In this document: piece after piece, positions 9,748 through 19,448 of the stretch
Layout of the letters: every line of letters begins with the position of its first letter
Numbering within the stretch: position 1 is the stretch's first letter
From: Elainellaceae cyanobacterium
Lineage (GTDB): Bacteria > Cyanobacteriota > Cyanobacteriia > CAZCXK01
DNA length: 35,414 nucleotides
Reading direction: 5' to 3'
Assembly (NCBI GenBank): GCA_051117555.1
Contig: JBNPEG010000071.1
Span: 1-35,414, forward strand
Notes under the pieces: model-generated
Databases searched by the model: none
Seen by the model: the letters and a program-made list of their open reading frames with translations, nothing else
Told to the model about the DNA's origin: nothing
Made by a program: the position numbers and the translations under genes

Positions 9748-9975
9748 CTAATCTAGGTCAATCTCGACGCCCAATTTGTTATTCTGATCGGAGTCGACTT
9801 GCTTTGAGGTTGACTGATTGATTGTGTCAGCAGCTTTTTTGAGTTGTTCGGCGTCGAGTGCATCCGAGGATGAATTGTCATCGGCAGAAACTTCTAGTGG
9901 TTGATTGTCCTGACCTAGAAGATCTTGAGCAGACCCGTCTGTAGGGTTAGATGATGGAGGGGAATTGTGGGCCAT
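9748..9975 (-). CDS. Small acidic, probably disordered hypothetical protein
   Basis: 75 aa, D/S/N/Q-rich; AAAGGAGG SD 4 nt before the ATG. Confidence 0.6.
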   Translation of the reverse strand: MAHNSPPSSNPTDGSAQDLLGQDNQPLEVSADDNSSSDALDAEQLKKAADTINQSTSKQVDSDQNNKLGVEIDLD

Positions 9976-10272
9976 GATGCCTCCTTTGAGTTCAAATCTA
10001 CTGCCAAATCACCTATGTAATACGTTTATAGATGACTGTGTTTACGATCGTCAATCATTACCCATTACGGTAGCTCACGTTTAAGAATGGCCTTGACCAT
10101 TGTTGAATTAGATTGATTGCTTACGATTCAAGTCCTACAGTATCAGCTAGCGCCACAGAGTTTATCATCATTGCGTGGTGCTAGGAGACACAAAATTGTG
10201 AAGTGGGCAGTCTATATGATATGTGCCCGAATGCTGTCCCAAGGTCGACCCAAGTACTAAGTGATATCAGAC

Positions 10273-10668
10273 ATGAGCGAAATAACCCCCTATCAACTCC
10301 GTCAGCAAATGCAGAAATCAAAGATTCAGCGCTTACGATTGTCTTTTTCGACTGCATTGATCATTCCGTCAGCAAAGGTATCTCGTCGGAGCGATCGCCT
10401 TCAAGCACAATCATCTCGTCTTCCATCCGTGCTATTTTTGCCGTCAGGTCGCAATCTAGATTTCTGCTTGCTGTTCATCTGTTCGTGTTTGTTGACGCTG
10501 CTCTGCCATCAAATTTCAGGTATTCAGAGTTCAGCGACCGCCACGCGAGGGGTTCTGCCACCGTCGTCATCACCGTTAAGCACATTGACTGACATTGATT
10601 TCCTGATTAAAGCTGGGCTTAAAACGTCCCTTGAAGACAGTGAAGGCGGTCGGGCAATCATCGATTAA
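10273..10668 (+). CDS. Hypothetical protein with one hydrophobic, Cys-rich segment
   Basis: ORF fills the intergenic gap (ATG at 10273; the track starts at GTG 10261); FCLLFICSCLLTLLC segment; no recognisable family. Confidence 0.35.
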   Translation: MSEITPYQLRQQMQKSKIQRLRLSFSTALIIPSAKVSRRSDRLQAQSSRLPSVLFLPSGRNLDFCLLFICSCLLTLLCHQISGIQSSATATRGVLPPSSSPLSTLTDIDFLIKAGLKTSLEDSEGGRAIID

Positions 10669-10750
10669 ACCTAATGAGTCTGAGTCACTAGCTGAACCCC
10701 CTTAGTCCAGACCTTAGTGACAGACCTTAGAACGTAATCAAAGGCTAGCG

Positions 10751-10778
10751 GACGGTAACTCTTTGGGAACTTACCGTC
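10751..10778. terminator. Hairpin between convergent genes
   Basis: GACGGTAA-N12-TTACCGTC 8-bp inverted repeat 10 nt past the methyltransferase stop; no clear U-tract. Confidence 0.35.
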
Positions 10779-10788
10779 ACAAGGTGAT

Positions 10789-11475
10789 TCATCGGCGCTG
10801 CGTAATCTTCAATAGCTGATTGCCATTTTTCTGAAACTGATAGGGAACCGTCAAAATATCTAACTGATAGTCGTCTTGCGCCAGAGTTTCTATAGCGACG
10901 GGTAATGCAGGAGCTAAGTCACCTGAGAGCGCCACAACAGGAAAAATTCTGACTTCGTCTGCCACTCTGCACAATTCTCGAATGGCTTCAAGATGAAATG
11001 CGATTGAGAGCTGTTCGGAATAGCTGAATAGGAAATGTCCACAGAGTGCTAAATCAAACTGGCGATCGCCAAATGGTAGACGAGGCAATTCGGCAATTGG
11101 ATAGCGCCCCTGCTGTCGCCCAGTTGAAAAATCATCTAGAAACTGGCGCATCGCACTGAGCCTAATTTCTCCTAGCTGCTCTGGAGAACCGATGGAGTCC
11201 CAGACGTAAGAGTCAATATTCTCCCGAACGCCTTCTAGAATTACGGGATAGGTGTCTTGAATGCGGCACTCAATTTCATCGACTGAGAACTGATAAATCG
11301 GATCGCAGGAAATTACTGCGTGTCCGTGTCGAGTCATCTCGGCATTAAAGCTTGCTGGACCTCCAGCACAGTCTAAAATTTTGCGATGCAAATCATCTGA
11401 TGACAGATGAAACATTCTCGAATATTCATCGAGCGATCGCCCCCACGGTACGACCTTCTCAAGCTGTAGTCCCAT
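10789..11475 (-). CDS. Class I SAM-dependent methyltransferase
   Basis: 228 aa; ILDCAGGPASF motif I, LPF.D.QFDLALC.HFLF and ELCRVA.EVRIFP. Confidence 0.85.
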   Translation of the reverse strand: MGLQLEKVVPWGRSLDEYSRMFHLSSDDLHRKILDCAGGPASFNAEMTRHGHAVISCDPIYQFSVDEIECRIQDTYPVILEGVRENIDSYVWDSIGSPEQLGEIRLSAMRQFLDDFSTGRQQGRYPIAELPRLPFGDRQFDLALCGHFLFSYSEQLSIAFHLEAIRELCRVADEVRIFPVVALSGDLAPALPVAIETLAQDDYQLDILTVPYQFQKNGNQLLKITQRR

Positions 11476-11502
11476 GATATAACTCAGGTCTACTCCTGAC
11501 TC

Positions 11503-12294
11503 CTACATTAACTCCCCTTTCATCACGGTCACCGCCTGCCCGCCCAGCATAATCCGATCGCCGGCACAGCGAACTTTGACAACTCCTCCACGCGCAGATG
11601 CTTGGTAAGCAAGGAATTCTTCTTTGCCAAGGCGATCGCGCCAAAATGGCCCCAAACAACAATGAGCTGCCCCAGTCACCGGGTCTTCGTTGATCCCAAT
11701 CGCAGGAGCGAAAAATCGAGACACAAAATCAAACTCCGAAGAATTGCCTCGACTCGTGACAATGACTCCGTGGGCAGGCAATGTTGCGAGGGCAGTGAAG
11801 TCTGGAGCCATGTTACGAACTGCCTCTTCATTCGCAATTTCAACTAGATACCCTAACGAATTCTGGTAGACCCCATTGATAACTCCTTCCACTGCCTTTG
11901 CCAACTCAGGAGGAACGATAGGCGCGTCGCGAGAGGGGGTAGCGGGAAAGTCGAGTTCAATCCAATCGCCTAATGAGCGGGCGAGCAACAATCCACTTTT
12001 TGTGTGAAACCGAGCCTCTTGGTTTGTGGGCAGATGTCCTTCAGACCATAGGACATGAGCGCTAGCCAGGGTGGCATGCCCACATAAATCAACCTCAGTG
12101 GATGGAGTAAACCATCGCAGTTGATATCCGTCCTCCTCTTTGAGCAAAAATGCAGTTTCGGAGAGATTCATTTCACTCGCAACATTCTGCATCCATTGGT
12201 CAGATTGGGGTTCAGGCAGCACACAAACTGCAGCCGGATTCCCTGCAAATAGACGATTGGTAAATGCGTCGACTTGAAGAATAGTGAGTCCCAT
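11503..12294 (-). CDS. PhzF family isomerase/epimerase
   Basis: 263 aa; QVDAFT...GNPAAV, NLSETAF, EVDLCGHATLA and EDPVTGAAH. Confidence 0.95.
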   Translation of the reverse strand: MGLTILQVDAFTNRLFAGNPAAVCVLPEPQSDQWMQNVASEMNLSETAFLLKEEDGYQLRWFTPSTEVDLCGHATLASAHVLWSEGHLPTNQEARFHTKSGLLLARSLGDWIELDFPATPSRDAPIVPPELAKAVEGVINGVYQNSLGYLVEIANEEAVRNMAPDFTALATLPAHGVIVTSRGNSSEFDFVSRFFAPAIGINEDPVTGAAHCCLGPFWRDRLGKEEFLAYQASARGGVVKVRCAGDRIMLGGQAVTVMKGELM

Positions 12295-12475
12295 GGGGGT
12301 AAACCGTTGAGGTGATGAATAAAACGATTATCCAACAGTCTCTCAGAAACAACGATGCAACATTCATGACAATTTCAGAAAATTTGGGATGGTTCAGTTG
12401 TGGCTCTAATGATGGGGAATACGATCACGGATACGATAGACTGGCTATTCATGCATCGAGTGGGGGCAATCTGAC

Positions 12476-14503
12476 ATGGGAATTCAGCCAGGGACAATCA
12501 ATAGCGGAGAAAGCCAACGAACACCCGATCTGCCGCCAGAATTGATGAAGCAACCTCCGAGTCGCTGGACAATTGAAAAAAGTGAAGAACTATATCGGAT
12601 TCGGGGATGGGGTGAACCGTATTTCTCAATTAATGCAGCAGGGCACGTGACGGTTTCTCCTAAGGGCGATCGCGGCGGTTCGCTCGACTTGTTTGAGCTG
12701 GTGAATGCTCTAAAGCTTAGAAATTTAGGACTGCCGCTGCTGATTCGGTTCTCTGATATTCTTGAAGACCGGATTGAGCGATTGAATGCCTGTTTTGCAA
12801 AGGCGATCGCTCGTTACAACTATCCTGGAAGCTATCAAGGCGTCTTCCCAATTAAGTGTAATCAACAACGTCACCTAATCGAAGATCTAGTCCGGTTTGG
12901 CAGACCCCATCAGTTTGGCTTAGAGGCAGGGTCAAAACCCGAATTGATGATTGCGCTTGCGATGCTGGATACCTCGGGGGCTCTGCTCATCTGTAATGGA
13001 TATAAAGACCAGGAATATATCGAAACCGCAGTGTTAGCTCAGAGGCTTGGCTATCGCCCCATTATCGTTCTTGAGCAAATTGAGGAATTGGGACTCGTGA
13101 TTGAAGCGAGTCGTAAGCTTCAAATTCTGCCTATTTTGGGCCTTCGCGCCAAGCTCAGCTCTAAAGGCATGGGGCGCTGGGGCACGTCGGCGGGCGATCG
13201 CGCTAAGTTTGGCTTGACCGTTCCTGAAATTATCACGATTGTTGACCAACTCCGCGATGCTGACATGCTCAACTGTCTGCAACTCTTACACTTCCATATT
13301 GGCTCTCAAATCTCGTCAATCAGCGTCATCAAAGATGCCATTCGAGAAGCCAGCCAGATTTATGTCGAGCTTGCCAAATTGGGAGCCGGGATGAGGTATT
13401 TAGATGTTGGGGGTGGGTTGGGAGTCGACTATGACGGCTCCAAAACCAATTTCCACGCATCGAAAAACTACAACATGCAAAACTACGCCAATGATGTGGT
13501 CGCAGAAGTTAAAGAAGCCTGTGAAGCGTGTAATTTGTCGGTGCCGACGTTGGTGAGTGAGAGTGGTCGGGCGATCGCCTCGCATCAGTCTGTTTTAATT
13601 TTTGATGTCCTCAGCACCAGTGATGTTCCAATCGAGCTATCGTCTCCTCCTAATGAGGACGCCCACCTGATTGTTCGTAACCTTTACGAAACCTATCAGA
13701 TGATTAACGCCAACAATTATCAGGAGATGTATCATGATGCCGTCCAATTTAAAGACGAGGCATTAAGCCTGTTTAATTTTGGCTATCTCAGCATCACAGA
13801 ACGAGCCCAGGCAGAACGGCTTTATTGGTCGTGTTGCAACAAAATTTTGGCGATCGCTCGTCAGCAAGACTACGTGCCTGACGATCTTGAAGATCTAGAA
13901 CGAATTATGGCATCGGTCTATTACATCAACTTATCCGTGTTTCAGTCTGCTCCTGACACCTGGGCAATTGAACAGTTGTTCCCGATTATGCCCATTCATC
14001 GGCTAGACGAAGAGCCCACCTGTCGAGGAACGTTAGCAGATTTGACCTGTGACAGCGATGGAAAAATCGATCAATTCATTGATTTAAAAGACATCAAACA
14101 CGTTCTTGAACTGCATCCACTCAATCCTGTGAGGCAAGAGCAACCTATGGATGAGAAGGCTGAATCCAACTCACGATGTCACTATCACCCCTACTACCTC
14201 GGCATGTTTCTAGGGGGCGCTTATCAAGAAATCATGGGCAGTCTTCATAACTTATTTGGGGATACTAATACTGTCCATATTCACCTGACTCCTAAAGGGT
14301 ATCAGATTGAGCATGTCGTCAAGGGAGACACCATGACCGAGGTATTGGGTTATGTACAGTACGATTCGGAAGATTTGATTGAGAATATTCGCTTAAGAAC
14401 AGAACATGCTCTACAGGAAGGCCGGATCACCCTCCAAGAATCTCAACTATTGCTCCAGAATTATGAGCGATCGCTGAGTCGATATACATACTTGACGGGC
14501 TAG
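12476..14503 (+). CDS. speA: Biosynthetic arginine decarboxylase
   Basis: 675 aa; FPIKCNQ (PLP Lys), LEAGSKPEL, HFHIGSQ, DVGGGLGVDYDGS, ESGRA, TCDSDG and GAYQEIMG. Confidence 0.97.
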   Translation: MGIQPGTINSGESQRTPDLPPELMKQPPSRWTIEKSEELYRIRGWGEPYFSINAAGHVTVSPKGDRGGSLDLFELVNALKLRNLGLPLLIRFSDILEDRIERLNACFAKAIARYNYPGSYQGVFPIKCNQQRHLIEDLVRFGRPHQFGLEAGSKPELMIALAMLDTSGALLICNGYKDQEYIETAVLAQRLGYRPIIVLEQIEELGLVIEASRKLQILPILGLRAKLSSKGMGRWGTSAGDRAKFGLTVPEIITIVDQLRDADMLNCLQLLHFHIGSQISSISVIKDAIREASQIYVELAKLGAGMRYLDVGGGLGVDYDGSKTNFHASKNYNMQNYANDVVAEVKEACEACNLSVPTLVSESGRAIASHQSVLIFDVLSTSDVPIELSSPPNEDAHLIVRNLYETYQMINANNYQEMYHDAVQFKDEALSLFNFGYLSITERAQAERLYWSCCNKILAIARQQDYVPDDLEDLERIMASVYYINLSVFQSAPDTWAIEQLFPIMPIHRLDEEPTCRGTLADLTCDSDGKIDQFIDLKDIKHVLELHPLNPVRQEQPMDEKAESNSRCHYHPYYLGMFLGGAYQEIMGSLHNLFGDTNTVHIHLTPKGYQIEHVVKGDTMTEVLGYVQYDSEDLIENIRLRTEHALQEGRITLQESQLLLQNYERSLSRYTYLTG

Positions 14504-14566
14504 TTTGAGGCTTACCTCAGTCGAGCGCATAGTACAACATTGATGTCATCCCCAAAATCAGGAATT

Positions 14567-14593
14567 TACCCCAATCGAAATTGGGGTATTTTT
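14567..14593 (+). terminator. Rho-independent terminator of speA
   Basis: TACCCCAAT-CGAA-ATTGGGGTA 9-bp stem followed by TTTTT. Confidence 0.8.
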
Positions 14594-14594
14594 G

Positions 14595-14610
14595 TGTATC
14601 GGTCATTACA
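14595..14610. promoter_or_regulatory. NtcA-consensus palindrome
   Basis: TGTA-TCGGTCAT-TACA (GTA-N8-TAC), ~315 nt upstream of the UDP-sugar operon; no canonical TAN3T 22 nt away. Confidence 0.35.
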
Positions 14611-14924
14611 AACGTCAGGTTTCCAGCGATTCAATGGGAACACTAGAGGAGGATCATTGTCCTTACCATGTGAGGGGTAATGAGCAAAGAATTAAATCTC
14701 CTTCAACAGGTGTTCATGGAGTATTTAAGATTTAATGAAATCGGTCCAAGATCGTCTCATTACCCTAGATTGCTTTGCTAGTTTTCATACACATAGATAA
14801 ATAATTATGCAAAGCAAAACGTTGGGTGCTGGGCTCTCCAAACTGGTTTGCTTCTGAATTACCACGAAAGCGATTGATCTGGTGTAGATCTTAGCTAAGT
14901 AATCCTTTCTAATACTCAGAAACT

Positions 14925-15878
14925 ATGAGAATTCTTGTCACAGGCGGCGCTGGCTTTATTGGCTCCCATCTTATTGACCGACTCATGAGTCAGGGGCACG
15001 AAATCATCTGTCTAGATAATTTCTATACAGGAGATAGACGGAACATCCTTCAATGGTTTAACAATCCGTATTTCGAACTCATCCGTCACGACATTACCGA
15101 ACCAATTCGGTTAGAAGTTGACCAGATTTACCATTTGGCGTGTCCTGCTTCGCCAGTGCATTATCAGTACAATCCCGTAAAAACCATTAAGACTAATGTA
15201 ATGGGCACGCTCAATATGTTGGGTTTAGCAAAGCGAGTGAAAGCCCGCTTTCTATTAGCGTCCACATCGGAGGTCTATGGTGATCCTGAGGTACATCCTC
15301 AATCTGAGGACTATCGGGGAAATGTTAATACCATTGGAATCCGAAGCTGCTATGACGAAGGCAAGCGAGTCGCTGAAACCCTTTCGTTTGACTATCACCG
15401 TCAGAACGATGTTGATATCCGGGTTGCTCGTATCTTCAATACGTACGGTCCCCGGATGTTAGAAAATGACGGTCGAGTCGTTAGCAATTTCGTCGTGCAA
15501 GCCTTAAAAGGTCAGCCATTGACGGTATATGGTGACGGATCTCAGACTCGAAGCTTTTGCTATGTTTCTGACTTAGTTGAAGGGCTAATTGCCTTGATGA
15601 ACGGCACCCACGTCGGACCAGTCAATTTGGGCAACCCTGGTGAATATACGATCCTAGAGCTTGCTCAGGCAGTTCAAAACATGGTGAACCCCGACGTTGA
15701 TATTAAGTATGAACCATTGCCCCAAGATGATCCTCGTCGTCGCAAGCCCGACATCACGCGAGCCCAAACGTGGCTAGGTTGGGAACCGACTGTTGCTCTT
15801 CAAGATGGGCTTCGGTTAACGGTAGATGATTTTCGGTCGCGAATTGGCGGAGGCCATCTTGAGAAGGTTTCAAATTAG
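14925..15878 (+). CDS. UDP-glucuronate decarboxylase (UDP-xylose synthase), extended SDR
   Basis: 317 aa; [35 protein letters not shown] (YxxxK) and [11 protein letters not shown]. Confidence 0.93.
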   Translation: MRILVTGGAGFIGSHLIDRLMSQGHEIICLDNFYTGDRRNILQWFNNPYFELIRHDITEPIRLEVDQIYHLACPASPVHYQYNPVKTIKTNVMGTLNMLGLAKRVKARFLLASTSEVYGDPEVHPQSEDYRGNVNTIGIRSCYDEGKRVAETLSFDYHRQNDVDIRVARIFNTYGPRMLENDGRVVSNFVVQALKGQPLTVYGDGSQTRSFCYVSDLVEGLIALMNGTHVGPVNLGNPGEYTILELAQAVQNMVNPDVDIKYEPLPQDDPRRRKPDITRAQTWLGWEPTVALQDGLRLTVDDFRSRIGGGHLEKVSN

Positions 15879-15971
15879 AGGTTGACGATCCATATTGTCG
15901 AAATTCATTCGCGCTGTTTCTTGTAATCAGCGATGTCTTTATAACGTAAATTTCTTTGAGGACTTCATTCT

Positions 15972-17357
15972 ATGCGTGTATGTGTCATTGGAACCGGTTA
16001 TGTAGGACTAGTCACTGGTGTCTGCCTTGCCCACATCGGGCATGAGGTCATCTGCGTTGACAATAACGAACAAAAAGTCAAGCTGATGCAATCCGGTCAA
16101 TCTCCCATCTTTGAACCGGGACTCTCAGAGCTTATGCAGCAGGCGATCGCCAATCAGCGTATCCAGTTCACCTCTGACTTGGGGGCAGGGGTCGCTCACG
16201 GCGAAATCCTATTCATCGCTGTTGGCACTCCCGCACTACCCACTGGGGAAAGCGATACCCGCTACGTCGAAGCGGTTGCTAAAGGCATCGGGCTGCACCT
16301 CAACGGCGGCTACAAAGTCATCGTCAACAAATCAACTGTCCCCATCGGGTCAGGCGACTGGGTGAGAATGATTGTTCTCGATGGTGTGGCTGAACGGCAG
16401 AAGACGCTGGTGCCTGCGGGGGGAGGAGAGATGCCCGTCGGAGAGATTACCGCTGATTTTGATGTGGTAAGCAATCCAGAATTTTTGCGCGAAGGCTCAG
16501 CGGTCTATGACACCTTCAACCCCGACCGCATCGTCTTGGGCAGCAACAATCCGAAGGCGATCGCCATGATGAAAGAACTCTATGCTCCGATTGTCTCTCG
16601 CGAATTTGCTGAAGATTCGTCGCGTCCATCTGTGCCCGTGGTGGTGACCGATCTGAGTTCGGCAGAGATGGTCAAGTATGCATCGAATTCATTCTTGGCA
16701 ACCAAAATCAGCTTCATCAATGAGGTCGCCAATATCTGCGACCGAGTCGGTGCAGATGTGACGCAAGTTGCCAAAGGCATTGGGCTTGATTCGCGCATTG
16801 GCAACAAATTTCTGCAAGCGGGCATTGGCTGGGGTGGTTCCTGCTTTCCGAAAGATGTCTCAGCCTTGATTCATACCGCCGATGACTATGGCTATGAAGC
16901 GAAGTTGCTGAAGTCAGCAGTCGATGTGAACCAGCGACAACGGTTGATTACGGTTGAGAAGCTGCAGCAAGTGTTGAAAATTCTCAAAGGAAAGACGGTG
17001 GGGCTATTGGGCTTGACCTTTAAGCCGGATACGGATGATATGCGGGATGCACCAGCCCTCGATTTGATTGAACAGTTGAATCGCTTGGGTGCGAAAGTGA
17101 AAGCCTATGACCCGATTGTGTCTCAGACAGGGATGCGGCATGGGTTATCGCATGTGCAGGTTGAGACAGACCCAGAGCGCCTCGCTGATGGCTGTGACGC
17201 ATTGGTGTTGGTAACCGACTGGAAGCAGTTCAACGATTTAGACTATCGCAAGATGGGTCAGTTGATGAACAACATGGTCATGATCGATGGACGTAACTTC
17301 CTCGACCGCGATGCGTTGCAAGAGGCTGGCTTCTTGTATGTGGGCATTGGTCGCTAG
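15972..17357 (+). CDS. ugd: UDP-glucose 6-dehydrogenase
   Basis: 461 aa; IGTGYVG, KSTVP, SNPEFLREG, GWGGSCFPKD (catalytic Cys) and FKPDTDDMR. Confidence 0.95.
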   Translation: MRVCVIGTGYVGLVTGVCLAHIGHEVICVDNNEQKVKLMQSGQSPIFEPGLSELMQQAIANQRIQFTSDLGAGVAHGEILFIAVGTPALPTGESDTRYVEAVAKGIGLHLNGGYKVIVNKSTVPIGSGDWVRMIVLDGVAERQKTLVPAGGGEMPVGEITADFDVVSNPEFLREGSAVYDTFNPDRIVLGSNNPKAIAMMKELYAPIVSREFAEDSSRPSVPVVVTDLSSAEMVKYASNSFLATKISFINEVANICDRVGADVTQVAKGIGLDSRIGNKFLQAGIGWGGSCFPKDVSALIHTADDYGYEAKLLKSAVDVNQRQRLITVEKLQQVLKILKGKTVGLLGLTFKPDTDDMRDAPALDLIEQLNRLGAKVKAYDPIVSQTGMRHGLSHVQVETDPERLADGCDALVLVTDWKQFNDLDYRKMGQLMNNMVMIDGRNFLDRDALQEAGFLYVGIGR

Positions 17358-17488
17358 CCTGATTCAGGCTTTACTGAATTGATAGCCTGATGCTCTCGCG
17401 TTAGGACGTTCGAAGTGTATAAAAGCCACAGTGTTTCTATACACAAACCGAGCCACAGGGTCATTGAACCTTCTTTACGTTCAGCCTA

Positions 17489-17525
17489 AATGCAGCGGGC
17501 GAGCAACATGCTCGCCCGCTGCATT
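17489..17525. terminator. Perfect 17-bp inverted repeat (bidirectional terminator or REP-like palindrome)
   Basis: AATGCAGCGGGCGAGCA-ACA-TGCTCGCCCGCTGCATT followed by GTTTTT, between convergent ugd and the M15 peptidase. Confidence 0.7.
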
Positions 17526-17549
17526 GTTTTTGGCAATTTTGGCAGGGTT

Positions 17550-18278
17550 TCAACAAATTGCACCATATCTGGCAACTATCAATGTTTCGAGGACTTCTTG
17601 GGTCACAATCCAAGCCCACATCTGATCCCCTAGCGAGAAATGCCACCATTCTTGAGGATGGCGACGAAATCCTACTTTGAACATAATCTGATTGAGTAGT
17701 TGGCGATTTTCGTGAAATGTGTGGCGATCGCGCTCAGAGACACCATCTGCCGTCGATAGCTTAGATCCAAAGTAGTCGGGAAAGGAGCGCGGTGAGAGCT
17801 CGTCAATCGGAGATCCCATATCAACGTCTATGCCGTCCTCATGGACTAATGTGATATCGACTGCCGCTCCAGTGCTATGAGGTGGAGGCGTCATGGGATC
17901 GGTGCTAGGGGCTGCCCAAAATTGATACACCTGCTCAAGAATCGTTTGGTGCTGCGTTGTGGTTAACTGCTCGACTGCCAAATCTTGCCCTCGAATGATT
18001 TCGTGAAACGTGTAGTCCACCATGAATTGTTGAACCGCAATCGGTCGATACGCATCGAAAATCTTAACCCTCCATCCAGGTCGCACCGTTTGAAGTATTG
18101 CCTGTGCCGCAGTCAACTGTTCAAGTACCCCTTTGCGTAAGAAATAAGGGGATTTTGTATCATAAGGAGCTAAGAGCTTCTCGTAAGGATGGGGTTGCTC
18201 TAGCGCAAATAAGTCAGACGGAATCGGCACGAGGGACTCCCCGCACTCCAAAATCGGAATTCGGTGATAAGGCTTCAT
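17550..18278 (-). CDS. M15D D-Ala-D-Ala dipeptidase (VanX/DdpX-like)
   Basis: 242 aa; IFDAYRP, PPHSTGAAVDITL (Zn His/Asp) and EWWHFS motifs. Confidence 0.9.
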   Translation of the reverse strand: MKPYHRIPILECGESLVPIPSDLFALEQPHPYEKLLAPYDTKSPYFLRKGVLEQLTAAQAILQTVRPGWRVKIFDAYRPIAVQQFMVDYTFHEIIRGQDLAVEQLTTTQHQTILEQVYQFWAAPSTDPMTPPPHSTGAAVDITLVHEDGIDVDMGSPIDELSPRSFPDYFGSKLSTADGVSERDRHTFHENRQLLNQIMFKVGFRRHPQEWWHFSLGDQMWAWIVTQEVLETLIVARYGAIC

Positions 18279-18352
18279 AGTTAGGCAAGCGAATACGCGA
18301 AATTGCAGAAAAATTTATGAATCTTTATAGCATGAGTTGCAGGATGAAAAGT

Positions 18353-18389
18353 TAGCAATCATTAACACCACCCCATCTGGGATTGCTAT
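18353..18389 (+). repeat. Collapsed or partial copy of the 90-bp dispersed element
   Basis: TAGCAATC...CATCTGGGATTGCTAT keeps both terminal inverted repeats but lacks the internal hairpin. Confidence 0.55.
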
Positions 18390-18472
18390 AGGTGACGCTA
18401 ATGACTGCTAGACCTAACTAATTTCTCAATAAGAATGATTCGATATCGCTATGAAATCTAGACTAATTCATG

Positions 18473-18961
18473 TCAGCTCTGAAAAAATTCTCTGAGTTCA
18501 CGGATGACTGTGTCTACGACATTATCTGAATTATCGGGATCAGCGTCAGATTGCTCCTCAACTTTCTTGACTGTTTCGGGTGGTAAGTCTAATAGCTGTA
18601 CTAACTTTTGATAAGCAGCAGCCTCTTCTTCGTTGATTTTAGATTCTTCTGGAGTCCGTGAGCTTACGCATATCACTTCATATCCTAGTCGCAGCACTAG
18701 TTCCTTTTCTTGAGTTGACTGCAACTTAGGTGTCAATTCATCTAAAGGAATGTTTTGCATTAAGTAGTCTTGCAACTCGTGTCGAAGATGAGCCTGCTGA
18801 GCTGAATCTTTTGAAAAGAGTTGACTAAATCGGTCTAGCATTAAGTTTGCTTCTTCCTCGGCTAATCCGCCGTCTGCCCAAGCCATTGAAGCAACGATTC
18901 GAAGCAAATTCATCTGTCGAGGAGTAATTGAAGGAGGGGGGGGAGGAGGCTGTAGCGTCAT
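18473..18961 (-). CDS. TerB-family protein with N-terminal polyproline
   Basis: 162 aa; PPPPPP, SMAWADG.L.EEE and INEEEAAAYQKLVQLLDL helical TerB-like motifs. Confidence 0.8.
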   Translation of the reverse strand: MTLQPPPPPPSITPRQMNLLRIVASMAWADGGLAEEEANLMLDRFSQLFSKDSAQQAHLRHELQDYLMQNIPLDELTPKLQSTQEKELVLRLGYEVICVSSRTPEESKINEEEAAAYQKLVQLLDLPPETVKKVEEQSDADPDNSDNVVDTVIRELREFFQS

Positions 18962-19034
18962 ACGTATCTCCAGATAGACAATCTTGAAGGGAATAGAACT
19001 TTCAGTACCCTACCATGATGTCTTCAAGACTCAT

Positions 19035-19124
19035 ATAGCGATCCTACATCGCTTGTGAATGGTGTGTGAGCGGTGGGGCGGTCGCCGACCGCCCCACCGC
19101 TCACACACAATCTGGGACTGCTAT
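19035..19124 (+). mobile_element. 90-bp MITE/REP-like element, copy 1
   Basis: Terminal IRs ATAGCGATCC...GGACTGCTAT enclose the perfect hairpin GTGTGAGCGGTGGGGCGGTC-GCC-GACCGCCCCACCGCTCACAC; 76/90 identical, ungapped, to the reverse complement of 23139-23228. Confidence 0.8.
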
Positions 19125-19148
19125 GAATGCTTAACCTATTATTTACGT

Positions 19149-19168
19149 GATGTACAACTCGCTACATC
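19149..19168. promoter_or_regulatory. Extended NtcA-consensus palindrome
   Basis: GATGTA-CAACTCGC-TACATC (GTA-N8-TAC) in the divergent terB / pseudo-caspase intergenic region. Confidence 0.4.
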
Positions 19169-19448
19169 GCGTAAGATGAAAAGCAAGTCGAGCAGTGGCC
19201 ATTCCGGTAAGACAGAGTTATAAGAGATTAATAACAATTAAATAGTAATGGTCTGACCATTATCACGATTACTCGACTGGTTAGTATGCAGTAGTTATTC
19301 AATTAATGATGTATTTCAATGGATGAAGGGGCATGTTCTCGATCCTCTATCATCATAATATTCACTTCAAAATCTAAAGCCATTCCTAATAGTTGCCATA
19401 GGGAATATACGTCTGGATTTGAACACAATTTGATGCAGGGTATTCAAG

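Noticed and set aside
10203..10592. Alternative 129-aa ORF overlapping 10273-10668
   Set aside because: GTG start without SD, overlaps the other frame, and no distinguishing features; at most one of the two is real.
11968..11990. 15-nt exact match (AGCGGGCGAGCAACA) between the phzF-like coding region and the 17489 hairpin arm
   Set aside because: About one 15-mer match is expected by chance in a 35-kb self-comparison, and no hairpin partner is present at the phzF site.
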